DNA of 32,000 nt from Acaryochloris marina S15 (GCF_018336915.1 NZ_CP064923.1:3000001-3032000), one strand, 5' to 3'. Shown: positions 19,328 to 29,569, counted from the stretch's first letter. Notes: generated by a model from the letters alone, not told the origin. Made by a program: numbers and translations.

Positions 19328-20380
19328 TTACTGCCATCCCGCGCGATCAGCTATTTTGGTTGCTTCTGGATTATTTCGTCCATAGGCGCTGACGTTGATG
19401 GTATCGGATTTAAACTCGCCATACTCTTTCAAGGCTGGTGAAACATCCACTCCGATCACTGCCGGATATTCGTTATTCGCTTCTGCAAAAACTTTCTGGG
19501 CTTCAGGGCTAGTGAGGTATTCCATAAATGCGATCGCATGTTCCTTATGGGGCGCATCAGCCACTACACCTGCCCCACTGATATTGACATGGGTCCCTCT
19601 ATCTTCCTGGTTAGGGAAAAAGACCCCTACCTTCTCAATAATGGCTCTATTCTTAGAATTCTCAGATTGGGCTAAACGGGCTACATAGTAGTGATTCACA
19701 ATAGCTACATCACATTGACCTGCCGCCACAGCCTTAATTTGATCAACATCCCCACCCTTGGGAGGACGAGCAAAGTTAGCGACTAAATCTTTGGCCCATT
19801 GCTCTGTTTCTGCTTCCCCTTTGGATTCAATAAATGATCCTAGAAGAGATTGGTTATAAATATTGTTGGAGCTTCGAACGCACACTCTCTTTTCCCAAGC
19901 TGGTTCTGCCAATGCTTCATAGGTGGAAAGCTCTTCTGGCTTGACCTTAGCTTTGTTGTATATCAACATCCGCACCCGCTTAGTCAGTCCAAACCAAAGA
20001 CCATCTGGATGACGGAGATTTTCTGGAATTTTGTCATCCAGCTGCTTAGAAGAAATACTTTGCAATAAGTTGGCCTGTTCTGCTCGCCATAATCGACCTG
20101 CATCTACGGTAATCAACACATCCGCTTGGGGGTTGCTGGCTTCATTTTTGATTCGTTCTAAAAGCTCATTATCCTTACTCTCTAAAAGCTTGACTTCAAT
20201 CCCCGTTTGCTTTGTGAAATCCTTATATAGGGCCTGATCAGTATCATAATGCCGTGCAGAATATACCCTGACAATTTTTTCTTCACTGCCTGTCTGAGTG
20301 TTGGTACATCCGCCCAAAACGGTAATAGAGAAAAAGCCCACCGAAGTGATCAGGGCGATTTTAGAGAGATTGAAGATCAT
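19328..20380 (-). CDS. futA: Fe(III) ABC transporter substrate-binding lipoprotein (FutA/IdiA/FbpA type)
   Basis: Has the lipobox 'VLGGC'. 'VRVYSARHYDTDQALYKDFTKQTGI', 'DVLITVDAGRLW' and 'NNEYP' are typical of cyanobacterial FutA/IdiA. No permease or ATPase gene is adjacent, which is usual for cyanobacteria. Confidence 0.85.
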   Translation of the reverse strand: MIFNLSKIALITSVGFFSITVLGGCTNTQTGSEEKIVRVYSARHYDTDQALYKDFTKQTGIEVKLLESKDNELLERIKNEASNPQADVLITVDAGRLWRAEQANLLQSISSKQLDDKIPENLRHPDGLWFGLTKRVRMLIYNKAKVKPEELSTYEALAEPAWEKRVCVRSSNNIYNQSLLGSFIESKGEAETEQWAKDLVANFARPPKGGDVDQIKAVAAGQCDVAIVNHYYVARLAQSENSKNRAIIEKVGVFFPNQEDRGTHVNISGAGVVADAPHKEHAIAFMEYLTSPEAQKVFAEANNEYPAVIGVDVSPALKEYGEFKSDTINVSAYGRNNPEATKIADRAGWQ

Positions 20381-20818
20381 CTTAAATTTTCACGCACTAA
20401 TGAAAACAATTCTTAATTCTTAGACCAGTCTTCAAGCTATCTGAGTCGACTCACCTCTGTCAAGCAGACAAAACCTGGACTTCCCGATTGGGGCTCGATC
20501 TCCAGCAACTGACGATGAATTTGGCACAATGTGGCCATCCTGACGATACATCTGAATCTTCTGAACTGTTCTGTTCTGATAGTAGGAAAAAGATTAGAAA
20601 CTCAGTATGCAGAAAGACAAACGAATGTAAATATCTTATAAATCTTGGAAAACAATATTTTATATAGGCAAAGAAATATATTTTGTTTGGCCCAAATTTA
20701 TCTTCTAGTCAAAATTTAACTAAATTCTGTATTTATACTGAGGCCAGTCTACCTTCCCAAAAAAGTAAGATGACATTAAAAATCTAATTACTATTCATCA
20801 TTTCAATTGCTTCTAAGA

Positions 20819-21145
20819 ATGAATCAAAAACTGGCAGTCTTAACAGCAATACTTGCATCTTCTGTAACCACAGCTGTTACAGCACAAACTGCTCAATCAT
20901 CAAACATTCAGCCTCTTGAAAAGCCCGGATTATAAATGGCTAGAGCTGTTCTACAATATTCTGATGGAGATGCTTTGCAAGCAGATTTCAGAGTATATTG
21001 TCCCACTGCAATGATTCGGCCAACAAACTACCAATTATTCGATCATTTAGGGCATATCAAAAAACAAGGTTCATGGTGGGAAACATCTTTTCAGCCTCAA
21101 TATTCATCTGAACATCAACTGGTTAGATCCGTTTGTGGTGGCTAA
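20819..21145 (+). pseudogene. Small secreted protein gene interrupted by a single in-frame TAA
   Basis: ATG 20819 encodes MNQKLAVLTAILASSVTTAVTAQTAQSSNIQPLEKPGL, a signal-peptide-like sequence, then TAA at 20933-20935. The tracked 69-aa ORF (ATG 20936) follows immediately in the same frame. That makes 109 codons with one stop in an AT-rich region. Confidence 0.45.
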
Positions 21146-21162
21146 GTTATTCAGAGAGATTT

Positions 21163-21191
21163 CCCCTAGTCAATATCAACTTAACTAGGGG
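21163..21191. terminator. Hairpin between convergent genes (CCCCTAGT ... ACTAGGGG)
   Basis: An 8-bp perfect stem with a 13-nt loop, between the end of the small + strand ORF (21145) and the MscS-family stop (21233). T-tracts are poor on both sides, so terminator function is uncertain. Confidence 0.35.
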
Positions 21192-21232
21192 ACCAAGAAG
21201 AGAAGAATTTTTTCTAATCTAAGCATAATAAA

Positions 21233-22957
21233 CTAGCTAGCCCCATCATCTTGATGAGTTGAATTCGTATTGTCAGCAGCATGAATTTCTGAAGATATTC
21301 CATTTACAGACTGCTTTTGTAACCAGACTTCTAAATTTTGGGTGAGCTGGGTAAAGGAAGTTACTAATTCTTCTGGTAGATCTAGGGGTAGCTTGCCGGA
21401 TCGTAGGTGGAGATCCCGTTGTGGAAAAGGAATCTCAATCTCTCGATGGCGCAGAATAGTCTCAATCCGAAAATTAAGATCGCTTTTAATTGCAAATTGC
21501 TTTTCGGGCTCATCAATCCAAATCAATAACAAGAAGTTCAGAGAATTATCCCCAAACTCAGTGAAAAATACTCGGGGCGGCGGATCTTTGCGAACTGAAC
21601 CATAATCAGCAACTGCATCCATCAGGGCTTCTCGTACCTGTTTTGGGTTAGTACCATAGGCAACTCCCACAGGAATTTGTAAACGAGATATGGAGGAGCC
21701 ATGATCCCAATTCACTACCTCAGATTCCAAAAAATCTGCATTAGGAACAATGATGGAGACTTGGTCAAGGGTACGAATCTCTGTACTACGAACATTGATA
21801 CGCTCTACCGTGCCTTGATAATCTCCTACCTTCACAAAGTCCCCAACCTTAATGGGCTGCTCAAAAATCAGGACCATACCACTAATAAAATTCTTGGCAA
21901 ACCCTTGCAATCCTAAGCCAATCCCCACACCGAGAACACTGGCAAATACTGTTAAGGAACTCAGATCAAATCCCCAAAGCTGAAATAACACCATTGCCCC
22001 GATGAACAGCAAGACATAGTTGGCAACGAAAGCAACAGCCTCTTGGGCACCTCGATTCAATCCCGTGGCACCTAATACCCGCGATCGCAACAAATGCTGC
22101 ACGGTTTTAGCTAGGTTCATTAGCCCTGCCAGTAGAACTAGAAGCAGAGCAACATCCAAAACAGAGTAAGACTTCCCACCGGCCGGAATAAACGGAGTGG
22201 AAAAGGTTTGAACTAGAGCGTTGATGATTAAGTAGATGCCATTGCGGGTCCAGGGGAATAAACCACAGATAAAGCCAATCGTGCCCACCCACAGCGCTAG
22301 CCGCAAACAGTAGAAAATGACTTTGAGGAGAAATCTGAGACTTTGGGGCTGATCTCCCGTGGTCGGATCAACCGTTGCCCGAGGTAAAAGCGTGAATAAC
22401 TTCTGACGCCAAAACCACCCTATTCCCCAATGAGCGATGAGTGCCAATAGCAAACACAGCGAGCCGATGGCGATTAGCCGCCAGGGATTTCCCCGTTCCT
22501 CCTGCCCCCGATCAATCGCCTGCTGCAATTTCTTTTGCCAAGTTCTGGCCGTCACTTCTGGAGTAGACCACTTGGCATCCTGACTATTCACCGTCAATAA
22601 ATACAAGGGCTGTTTAGCACCCACTTCGACTTTCAACACGGGTAAATCATCAGAGACATCCACAATGACCGTTGCCTGGGTTGATTTACTCACCAGACTT
22701 TGCAAGCTTTGGTTGACCTTTCTAGCTCTGTCTTCCGCCGGAAATGCTTTAGACGAACTCAATTCAAATAATGGAATACCATCAACTTCCACCTTCTCGG
22801 AATCAAGGGTTTGAGCCACAACGGTATCCGTATGGGGATGGCTTAAGAGAATTAAGCTTGCCGTAATCAGGGCAAAACAGCACCAACGCCACAAGCGCCG
22901 ACAAGAAAAATCCCTAATAATTCGGGCTACCCAGGCGAAGAATCGGTTGATGATCAT
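21233..22957 (-). CDS. Mechanosensitive ion channel, MscS family (large multi-TM form)
   Basis: 'FISGMVLIFEQPIKVGDFVKVGDYQGTVERINVRSTEIRTLDQVSIIVPNADF' is the MscS pore-helix/beta-domain signature. Several TM helices lie upstream, and there is a periplasmic N-terminal domain. Confidence 0.88.
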   Translation of the reverse strand: MIINRFFAWVARIIRDFSCRRLWRWCCFALITASLILLSHPHTDTVVAQTLDSEKVEVDGIPLFELSSSKAFPAEDRARKVNQSLQSLVSKSTQATVIVDVSDDLPVLKVEVGAKQPLYLLTVNSQDAKWSTPEVTARTWQKKLQQAIDRGQEERGNPWRLIAIGSLCLLLALIAHWGIGWFWRQKLFTLLPRATVDPTTGDQPQSLRFLLKVIFYCLRLALWVGTIGFICGLFPWTRNGIYLIINALVQTFSTPFIPAGGKSYSVLDVALLLVLLAGLMNLAKTVQHLLRSRVLGATGLNRGAQEAVAFVANYVLLFIGAMVLFQLWGFDLSSLTVFASVLGVGIGLGLQGFAKNFISGMVLIFEQPIKVGDFVKVGDYQGTVERINVRSTEIRTLDQVSIIVPNADFLESEVVNWDHGSSISRLQIPVGVAYGTNPKQVREALMDAVADYGSVRKDPPPRVFFTEFGDNSLNFLLLIWIDEPEKQFAIKSDLNFRIETILRHREIEIPFPQRDLHLRSGKLPLDLPEELVTSFTQLTQNLEVWLQKQSVNGISSEIHAADNTNSTHQDDGAS

Positions 22958-22996
22958 AGCAGCCGTATCTATTGCAAAGGGTTATTGTAACGAGGA

Positions 22997-25900
22997 TTAG
23001 AATTGAATGCGATATTCCAAAACACCGACTGCTTCGCCTTCAGAGCTGACCGAGGACCGGGCTCTAATTTGATTGTTGATCTCGTAACTCAAGTTAAATA
23101 AGGTCGGTTCATCTACCCCCGTCAAAATTTGGAGAACGGAGGCAGAAAAGCGGTCGGTAATGTCGAAGCCTAATTCAGCCCCAAAAGCGAGCACAGCACT
23201 TTGATTATTGCTCTGATTAGGCAGCAAAACAGGAAAGGCTCGAAAACTAGCACGACTACCCAGAGCATCATTTAGCGCTTGCTGCACACTGGAGAAAGCT
23301 GCCGAGCTAGCAATATTGGCTGCAGCTTGAGTGGCTTGACCATCCTGCAGTGATCGATCGATGCCGCCCCCCAATAAAGCAATAATTTGGGGATTGGTTC
23401 GACCAGGGCGACTACTGAGAGTGACCACATCATCAAAGTCAGCGAGGAGTTCACTGGCTCGTCCATCAACCGTAGCGCTCACTTTTACGGACTGGACGGC
23501 ACCAATCGCACTCGAAGGCAACTCAGCGAACTCATTTAGATCAGTTGTTGAAGCACGTACTACCTCAGTCACAGTGGTTTTCATGCCGATGTTGAGGTAA
23601 GGGTCTAAGCCAAATCGAGACTCAAATCTAGCAAAGTTATCCCGTCTCGAATCAACGCTAAACAGAGTCGTAATCAGATTAATCGATCCTTTACGAAAGC
23701 TAACCACGCCATCCGCTAACGGTTGATCCACTGTTCCATTAATTTTGAGTTCACCCGTCGCCATAAAACTAAGGACAGGCGGCTGAGAAATTTTGACATT
23801 GTCGCCAATCTGAACCACCAAATTGTTGAAGTCTATAGGGTTACCCGCAGCAGGTTGAGGAACCGTTCCAGGAACTGCACTTTCAGCAGCACTGGCATTA
23901 GCTAATTTGACCTTACCGTTAGTGAGTTGAAGTTTTCCGCCTATCTGAGGTTGTAGAGCACTACCTTTGACGACAATGGCTCCATTCACTCCCCCCTGAT
24001 AGAGTTCTTGGACATTTAGATCTAAGTCTTCCAATCTGACATTCAAATCTTGTTGATTTGAGGCCTGAAAAATGGGCAGACTGCCCTTGGTGACTAACCG
24101 GCCATCGCCAATGTTGGCCGTCAATTGAGGAATCGTCACTAAATTGCGATCAAACTTGATCGTGCCATTCAGATTGGTTAGGGGCTGTTTCAGGGCAGCA
24201 GCCTGAAGTTTGGCGTCTTGAAAGCGAATACTACCGTCTACAACAGGCTGATCAATCGTTCCATTGACTTTTACATCTAGGGCACCATTACCGCCTTCCC
24301 AAGTCACTTGGTCCGTCAATAAACTCAGCAGGGATAAGCCGTCATCCCGAATACTAGCTGTCAGAGAGACTTGATCTGTTGCAGGTGTCACAGATGAGAA
24401 GAATGGTGAATAGGGAACTTCTCCCTTGAGGATCAAGGGTTGGGAGTTATTAATACGAGCCTGACTGTCAATCTTGAGGAGCGCTTGTTTATAGCTCAAG
24501 GTGGTCTGAGCACTATTGACAACGGCATCGTCCAAACGCCCATCAACTAACTCGAATTGCCCTTCCAGCTGAGGGTCCTCTAAATTCCCAGCTAAGTTGA
24601 GGGTGCCATTTAATTTGCCCGTCACAGTCACTGGCAAATCCAGGAAGGGGTTGATGGGTTCGACGGAAATGTTTTGCAGCTGTAGTTGACCCGACTGATA
24701 AGAGCTGCCGAGTTCCCCCTGAAAGGCCAATAGGCTCTCACCCGTTTTAATGCGCAGGGGCTGCAAACTCAGGAGGCCATCTTCCAGTTCTCCTTTGACG
24801 ATCAGTTGATCAATACCATATAGCCCCAACTTAAAATCTTGTCCCCGAATGTCGAAGTCAGCATTCACACCCGTTTTAACCGATCCAGCAAAGTCAATTT
24901 GGCCTCCAAACTGCCCTGTTAATCCATCCAAAGCAAATAAGCTTTGCTCCTGCTTGTTGGCTTGGATAATGGCTAGCTGCTGAATTTCAGTAAAACGGCG
25001 CAGTTGAGTCAGTAAAGGGCCGTTCACACCAACCGAAATGGTTTTTAAATCTGCAGCCGTTCCATAGGTTTGGGGCTGGGGCGATCCTAAGTTGGCAAAA
25101 TCTACAGTCTCATACAACGCTACAACATCAGCAAGATTACCTTTCGTAATCGCTAAATCGCCAGAGTACCGAGGGTTATCACTGGGAATAAATTTTGCAT
25201 TTAATACATATTGGCTATCATCCTTGAGCAATGTCCCCTGGTCTAGATTGGCGATTCCATCTCGATAGCGAATCTTGCCTGTTAGGGTTTGGGCTTGAAT
25301 CTGGTTGAGGGCTGGTTGATCAACGGCAAAGTTACCGTCTAGGGTTTGTTGTTTCAAATTGGCTTGGAATTGGCCAGAGGCGGTCCCAGAGACTGTGCCT
25401 ATGCCTAAATTAGCTATAGAACCTAAATTCAAAGGTTGTAGGGGAAATTTCTGAACTTCTGCCTGGAGGATATCGCCTTGAGTCGTTCCTTTGGCTAATG
25501 CCTGATCTCTGCGGATCAGAAAAGAGTTGGGCAGGAATTGTGAATTGAGGGATACGTGGATGCGATCGCGTTCTCCCCCCACCTGCATCTCAACTCCTTG
25601 GCCAAAGGCCAAGTTACCTTTCATCAACGGTTCAAACCGAAACTGAGACACCGCTAAGTCTTCTAACTGCAGGGTCGCCACTAAATTGGGGGCTTCGGGC
25701 GTCCCAGTGATGCGTCCTGTGAGGTCGGCCTGTCCTGTAAGTGGAATAGCCGTGGGTCCCAACGCTGCTAGGGTTCGTAAATCATAATCGTCTGCCTTGA
25801 TGTTAAGATCCAAAGCCGTGATTTGGGGGCCTTGAGGAGTCTGGAAGTCAGCATCAATGGTTCCATCCGCACGGAACCCCTTAGCCGTCGCTGACTGCAC

Positions 25901-28204
25901 CACAATCTGGCGCCCCGTCCATCGGAATCGCGCATCCAGCGGCTGTTCAAGCAGCGATAATCCCTGGGAAAAATTCACTTGGCCTTGGGCTCGAAGGGTA
26001 TCAGGGCTGAGGGCAGCAATGGGACCATTGAGAGCGACATCACCACTCAAATCCCCCTTTAATTCAGGCGCAAAATTGGATAGCCCAATGCCTGCCAATC
26101 TGACATCAGCTTTCAGATCGGTTTGGTCAAAATATCCATCCAGCCGAGCCGTCCCACCAGCCACCTGAGCCACGACATTCTCTAGACGAGTAATCCCTTT
26201 TCGCAAGCGCATTTCCCCATTAGTGGGATAGGTGGCTCGGGGCGCTTGAAAGGCAATCAGGGTACGTAAATCTTCGGGCTGTCCTCGAACCTGAGTCTGA
26301 GCATTGATCGGACCAATCGTTAGACCCGATGGCACCTCGTATAGGGATGCGATCTCATCCCCTGGCACCCCCACAACATCAACATCCGCCGCCAGGTCTT
26401 CTCCGGGTAATAGGTTATAGAGGGCCGTGCCCGTAATTTCTCCCCCGGCTTCAGGCACTGCCAAAATCCGTGTAACTGCTAGGGACGGATTATCTAACGT
26501 GAATTCAGCTTTAATCGTCTCAAAAGGCACTCGGTCAATTTTGGTGCCCGAAGCCATGACGACTTCCCCAGCAATAAAAGGTCGTTCAATCGGACCCGTA
26601 ATCCGAATATCTGGGATACTCACTTCACCCGCAATGGGCACAGGCAATGCAGGCACTTCTAGGGTAGCCAGAGCCGTATTGACATCCAATCCAGGAATAC
26701 GGGCAGAAAGGTTATAGCCTCGCTCAATATCAATCGAGCCTTTTGCCGCCACAGGCACTTGGTCATATCGAGCCGTTACTCCTTCTAGGGTGGCAGTTAA
26801 TCCCCTTAAGCGAATAAATCCATTGGCATCATAAAAAGACTTGGGAAGGCCGATCAGTTGAGCATCGATATCCTTCATGCGGGCGGTGCCGCGCATACTC
26901 GGTTTTTTAGCCTGATCTAGGTATAACGTGACGTTGGCATCCACTTGGCCTGAACGAATCGCCACAGGGGTTTGAAACGCTCGATCAAAAATAGGTGCAG
27001 AAACATTCTGGGCCAAGACGGAAACTTTGATCTTGCTTAAATCGAGGGTTGTTTCCCCCTTAGCCCGCAGTCGCCCCCCACTGGCAATCGTGCCTCGGGC
27101 TTCAAATTGCAGGCTTTCTTTGTCCTTTAGGAATTTTAAGGTGCCATTTGTGCGACGAAGGTGCTGACGTTGCGATCGCCCATTTTGAAACAGTAAATTT
27201 TCAGGTACATAAAGATCCGCCGATCGAAACTGGGCTTCTCCCCCCACTTTGGGAAGCTGCTGATTGGGAGAATACTCAACATCCAACTCTCCCTGAAATT
27301 CTTTTGCCTTCACCCAAATATTCTGTTCAGGCACACGAATATCGGCATCTTTGACTTCTGTCGTTCCAGTCAATTGAATGGGGGCTTGAGGTCGGTATTT
27401 TAACTGAAAATCCCCATCCACTTCGCCAGAACGAACTTGAATGGGAATATCTGTGGGCACAAACCCCATTAACGGGGTAATTTGAACCTGTTTAGCCTTG
27501 ACATCTAACTTCAGGGATTGACTGGGCTGCAACCACTCCCCTTTTAGTCTGGCTTTGCCACCCGAGTCTAAAGTGCCATTTCCCTCAACCTTCAGCTTCT
27601 CATTGTTGTCATGGAGCGTTAGAACACCCTTCAAATCCCTCAGGGTCCGAGCCTCTGCACCATAGGGATCAATAACGGCCTCTCCCCCATCGACACTTAG
27701 AGAATCAAGCTGAATTTTGACCAATCCCTCAGAATCATCCTGAGTAAGAGTCGTTGATACCCACTTTCCATCTTCGGTTTGGTCGAGATACAGTTCCGCA
27801 TCAACCAATGTCACATCTAAATTAAGGGTCCGGGTCCAGAGGGTTTTCCAAACATCGAACTGGACATTAACGGCTTGAACCTTACCTTCATCCTGATCTT
27901 CGAGGGTTCGACCGTTGCTCTCATAGGTATGAGCGGGTACCGAAGACGGTCCAAACTGTAGTCCCGTCAGTGAATAACTTTTTACATCGCCTAACAGCAC
28001 TGGGCGATTCAGGGACTTTGTGAGTTCTTTGGCAATCTGGGGAGCAAGTTCTTCGTTGATAAAGCCTAAGATTCGCCAACCGCCCCAAATTAAGATTGCG
28101 AGAAGAACGAGGGCTGTGCCTATCACTGGGCGACTGAATAAAATCAGCCAGAGGCGGCGAAAGGGGCGTGGAGCTTGCTCTCCACCGGAAGGTTCTTGAG
28201 GCAT
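22997..28204 (-). CDS. tamB: TamB/AsmA-like translocation and assembly module protein (DUF490 C-terminus; TIC236-like)
   Basis: A single N-terminal TM anchor 'VIGTALVLLAILIWGGW' is followed by about 1,600 aa of beta-rich G/T/N/Q/L/V segments. The C-terminal end is DUF490-like: 'GAELGFDITDRFSASVL...GVLEYRIQF'. Confidence 0.85.
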   Translation of the reverse strand: MPQEPSGGEQAPRPFRRLWLILFSRPVIGTALVLLAILIWGGWRILGFINEELAPQIAKELTKSLNRPVLLGDVKSYSLTGLQFGPSSVPAHTYESNGRTLEDQDEGKVQAVNVQFDVWKTLWTRTLNLDVTLVDAELYLDQTEDGKWVSTTLTQDDSEGLVKIQLDSLSVDGGEAVIDPYGAEARTLRDLKGVLTLHDNNEKLKVEGNGTLDSGGKARLKGEWLQPSQSLKLDVKAKQVQITPLMGFVPTDIPIQVRSGEVDGDFQLKYRPQAPIQLTGTTEVKDADIRVPEQNIWVKAKEFQGELDVEYSPNQQLPKVGGEAQFRSADLYVPENLLFQNGRSQRQHLRRTNGTLKFLKDKESLQFEARGTIASGGRLRAKGETTLDLSKIKVSVLAQNVSAPIFDRAFQTPVAIRSGQVDANVTLYLDQAKKPSMRGTARMKDIDAQLIGLPKSFYDANGFIRLRGLTATLEGVTARYDQVPVAAKGSIDIERGYNLSARIPGLDVNTALATLEVPALPVPIAGEVSIPDIRITGPIERPFIAGEVVMASGTKIDRVPFETIKAEFTLDNPSLAVTRILAVPEAGGEITGTALYNLLPGEDLAADVDVVGVPGDEIASLYEVPSGLTIGPINAQTQVRGQPEDLRTLIAFQAPRATYPTNGEMRLRKGITRLENVVAQVAGGTARLDGYFDQTDLKADVRLAGIGLSNFAPELKGDLSGDVALNGPIAALSPDTLRAQGQVNFSQGLSLLEQPLDARFRWTGRQIVVQSATAKGFRADGTIDADFQTPQGPQITALDLNIKADDYDLRTLAALGPTAIPLTGQADLTGRITGTPEAPNLVATLQLEDLAVSQFRFEPLMKGNLAFGQGVEMQVGGERDRIHVSLNSQFLPNSFLIRRDQALAKGTTQGDILQAEVQKFPLQPLNLGSIANLGIGTVSGTASGQFQANLKQQTLDGNFAVDQPALNQIQAQTLTGKIRYRDGIANLDQGTLLKDDSQYVLNAKFIPSDNPRYSGDLAITKGNLADVVALYETVDFANLGSPQPQTYGTAADLKTISVGVNGPLLTQLRRFTEIQQLAIIQANKQEQSLFALDGLTGQFGGQIDFAGSVKTGVNADFDIRGQDFKLGLYGIDQLIVKGELEDGLLSLQPLRIKTGESLLAFQGELGSSYQSGQLQLQNISVEPINPFLDLPVTVTGKLNGTLNLAGNLEDPQLEGQFELVDGRLDDAVVNSAQTTLSYKQALLKIDSQARINNSQPLILKGEVPYSPFFSSVTPATDQVSLTASIRDDGLSLLSLLTDQVTWEGGNGALDVKVNGTIDQPVVDGSIRFQDAKLQAAALKQPLTNLNGTIKFDRNLVTIPQLTANIGDGRLVTKGSLPIFQASNQQDLNVRLEDLDLNVQELYQGGVNGAIVVKGSALQPQIGGKLQLTNGKVKLANASAAESAVPGTVPQPAAGNPIDFNNLVVQIGDNVKISQPPVLSFMATGELKINGTVDQPLADGVVSFRKGSINLITTLFSVDSRRDNFARFESRFGLDPYLNIGMKTTVTEVVRASTTDLNEFAELPSSAIGAVQSVKVSATVDGRASELLADFDDVVTLSSRPGRTNPQIIALLGGGIDRSLQDGQATQAAANIASSAAFSSVQQALNDALGSRASFRAFPVLLPNQSNNQSAVLAFGAELGFDITDRFSASVLQILTGVDEPTLFNLSYEINNQIRARSSVSSEGEAVGVLEYRIQF

Positions 28205-29013
28205 GAGTTATAAGCTGCCGACTAGATCAAAAAGTTACGGTTGCACGACTCAATAGTTGTAATGAAGATTACCACTCTGAGGGGCTTGAAGGACGGAACC
28301 TAAATTACAAATCCCTCCATAAAACTAAAATCCCCCCTTCCTAAGAGATTAGGCAACTGTTAAACATAATTCATCTATCTGAAGAGATAACTTAGAATTT
28401 TGAAACAAGGTCTTCATTTAATCGCTCCTCTATCAATATTCTTTCTTTTCTAAAAAGCATTAGTAATCAACCGGATTATTGCTAGGCATTCAAATCAGCT
28501 CTTGCGAGAAATTGAATATCATTCTAGTTATCTATAGATAAAACCGAGTAACGTATCAATCCAAAAACTAAGCGCTTATTAACTCTAAATAAATCGTTGA
28601 ATAAACCGAACAAGCTAAAGACAAATAAGGAAGGAGAATCATAGCTTCTGAATCTAAAAAATATGTAACTAATGCTAATCACCAGGTGATATAGCGATCT
28701 GACGTGAGTTGTGAGAATTATATTCAACCTAAATGGATACTGGTAAAGATTTCAGCCTCTCTACATCTCACGATTGATTTCAGATTGCTATAGAAACTAG
28801 TAAATGTAGATTTTTCATTTTTTTTGAGGCTTACCAATAGTTAAGATATGTAAAAATAGGAATAATACTTGATTGCCCCCCTGAAATATCTACAGAATGG
28901 CAACTCCATATTCCAGATTTGCATGCTGACCAAGCAACTCAATCCCTTTTCCTATCTGAGAATTTTGCTGTTTGCTCCTTCCCCTTTGTCCGCAGACCGT
29001 AAGTAGGAAACTC

Positions 29014-29499
29014 ATGAACAAGACAGTTTTGTGCATCCCGACGGCGTTAGCATGGATGCTGCTTCTCTCTCCAGGCCAAGCCCAACAAGCACCCACAAAA
29101 CCTATCTCAACGCAACGACAACACTCGGCCTTAACCACTCACCCCAGCAATACTCAGAAATCACAGGCACAAAAGGGCTGCTACACAGGACATACAAACC
29201 GTCCAAGTAATCCGATAAGTACGATCCAATCCCCCACACCTCAACAGAGGCAGCCAGTCAGGACTGCTGTGTGGCAAGATTTGCGATCCCCCGGCGCCAC
29301 ATCTTCATCCTCCATTGACCTGCACGAGTCTGAACTGTCTAATACCGCAGCCCGTAGCTATCAAACAACATTACCTAAGCGACCCATCGTTGTAGAAGCC
29401 CAAGGATGGACTCGCGATGAGAAAGGTCGAGTCTTCTTAACCTCAAGGTTCTCTAGATTTAGAAAATATGGGGCTACCCCATCCACTGGGGAATGTTAG
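29014..29499 (+). CDS. Small secreted Q/P/T/S-rich protein with a TpsA-tail-like C-terminus
   Basis: The signal peptide 'MNKTVLCIPTALAWMLLLSPGQA-QQ' begins at ATG 29014, with GGA 7 nt upstream. The middle is low-complexity. The C-terminus is 'VWQDLR...RPIVVEAQGWTRDEKGRVFLTSR...GEC'. A strong terminator follows downstream. Confidence 0.55.
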   Translation: MNKTVLCIPTALAWMLLLSPGQAQQAPTKPISTQRQHSALTTHPSNTQKSQAQKGCYTGHTNRPSNPISTIQSPTPQQRQPVRTAVWQDLRSPGATSSSSIDLHESELSNTAARSYQTTLPKRPIVVEAQGWTRDEKGRVFLTSRFSRFRKYGATPSTGEC

Positions 29500-29569
29500 C
29501 CACGACGATTGGTTAGATAGATCGAGGTTGTCGATCGGCAACGAAGAGATTTTTCCTATACTGTGTCGC

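Noticed and set aside
20396-20414. An AT-rich segment upstream of the futA-like gene, as a possible Fur box.
   Set aside because: It gives only about 12 of 19 matches to GATAATGATAATCATTATC by my hand alignment, shows no clear dyad symmetry, and lies just 16-34 nt from the start codon. This cannot be told apart from generic AT-rich leader sequence.
23272-27354. Several 60-103 aa ORFs on either strand inside tamB.
   Set aside because: They are fully nested in a continuous 1,735-codon frame with coherent TamB-like features. Their products are R/S/P-rich, typical of off-frame translation.
28524-29138. Minus-strand ORFs of 67 aa (28524-28727, TTG start) and 82 aa (28890-29138).
   Set aside because: The first is an F/L/I/S-rich product of AT-rich DNA with a non-ATG start. 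The second overlaps the plus-strand gene, which has a signal peptide, an RBS and a strong terminator.
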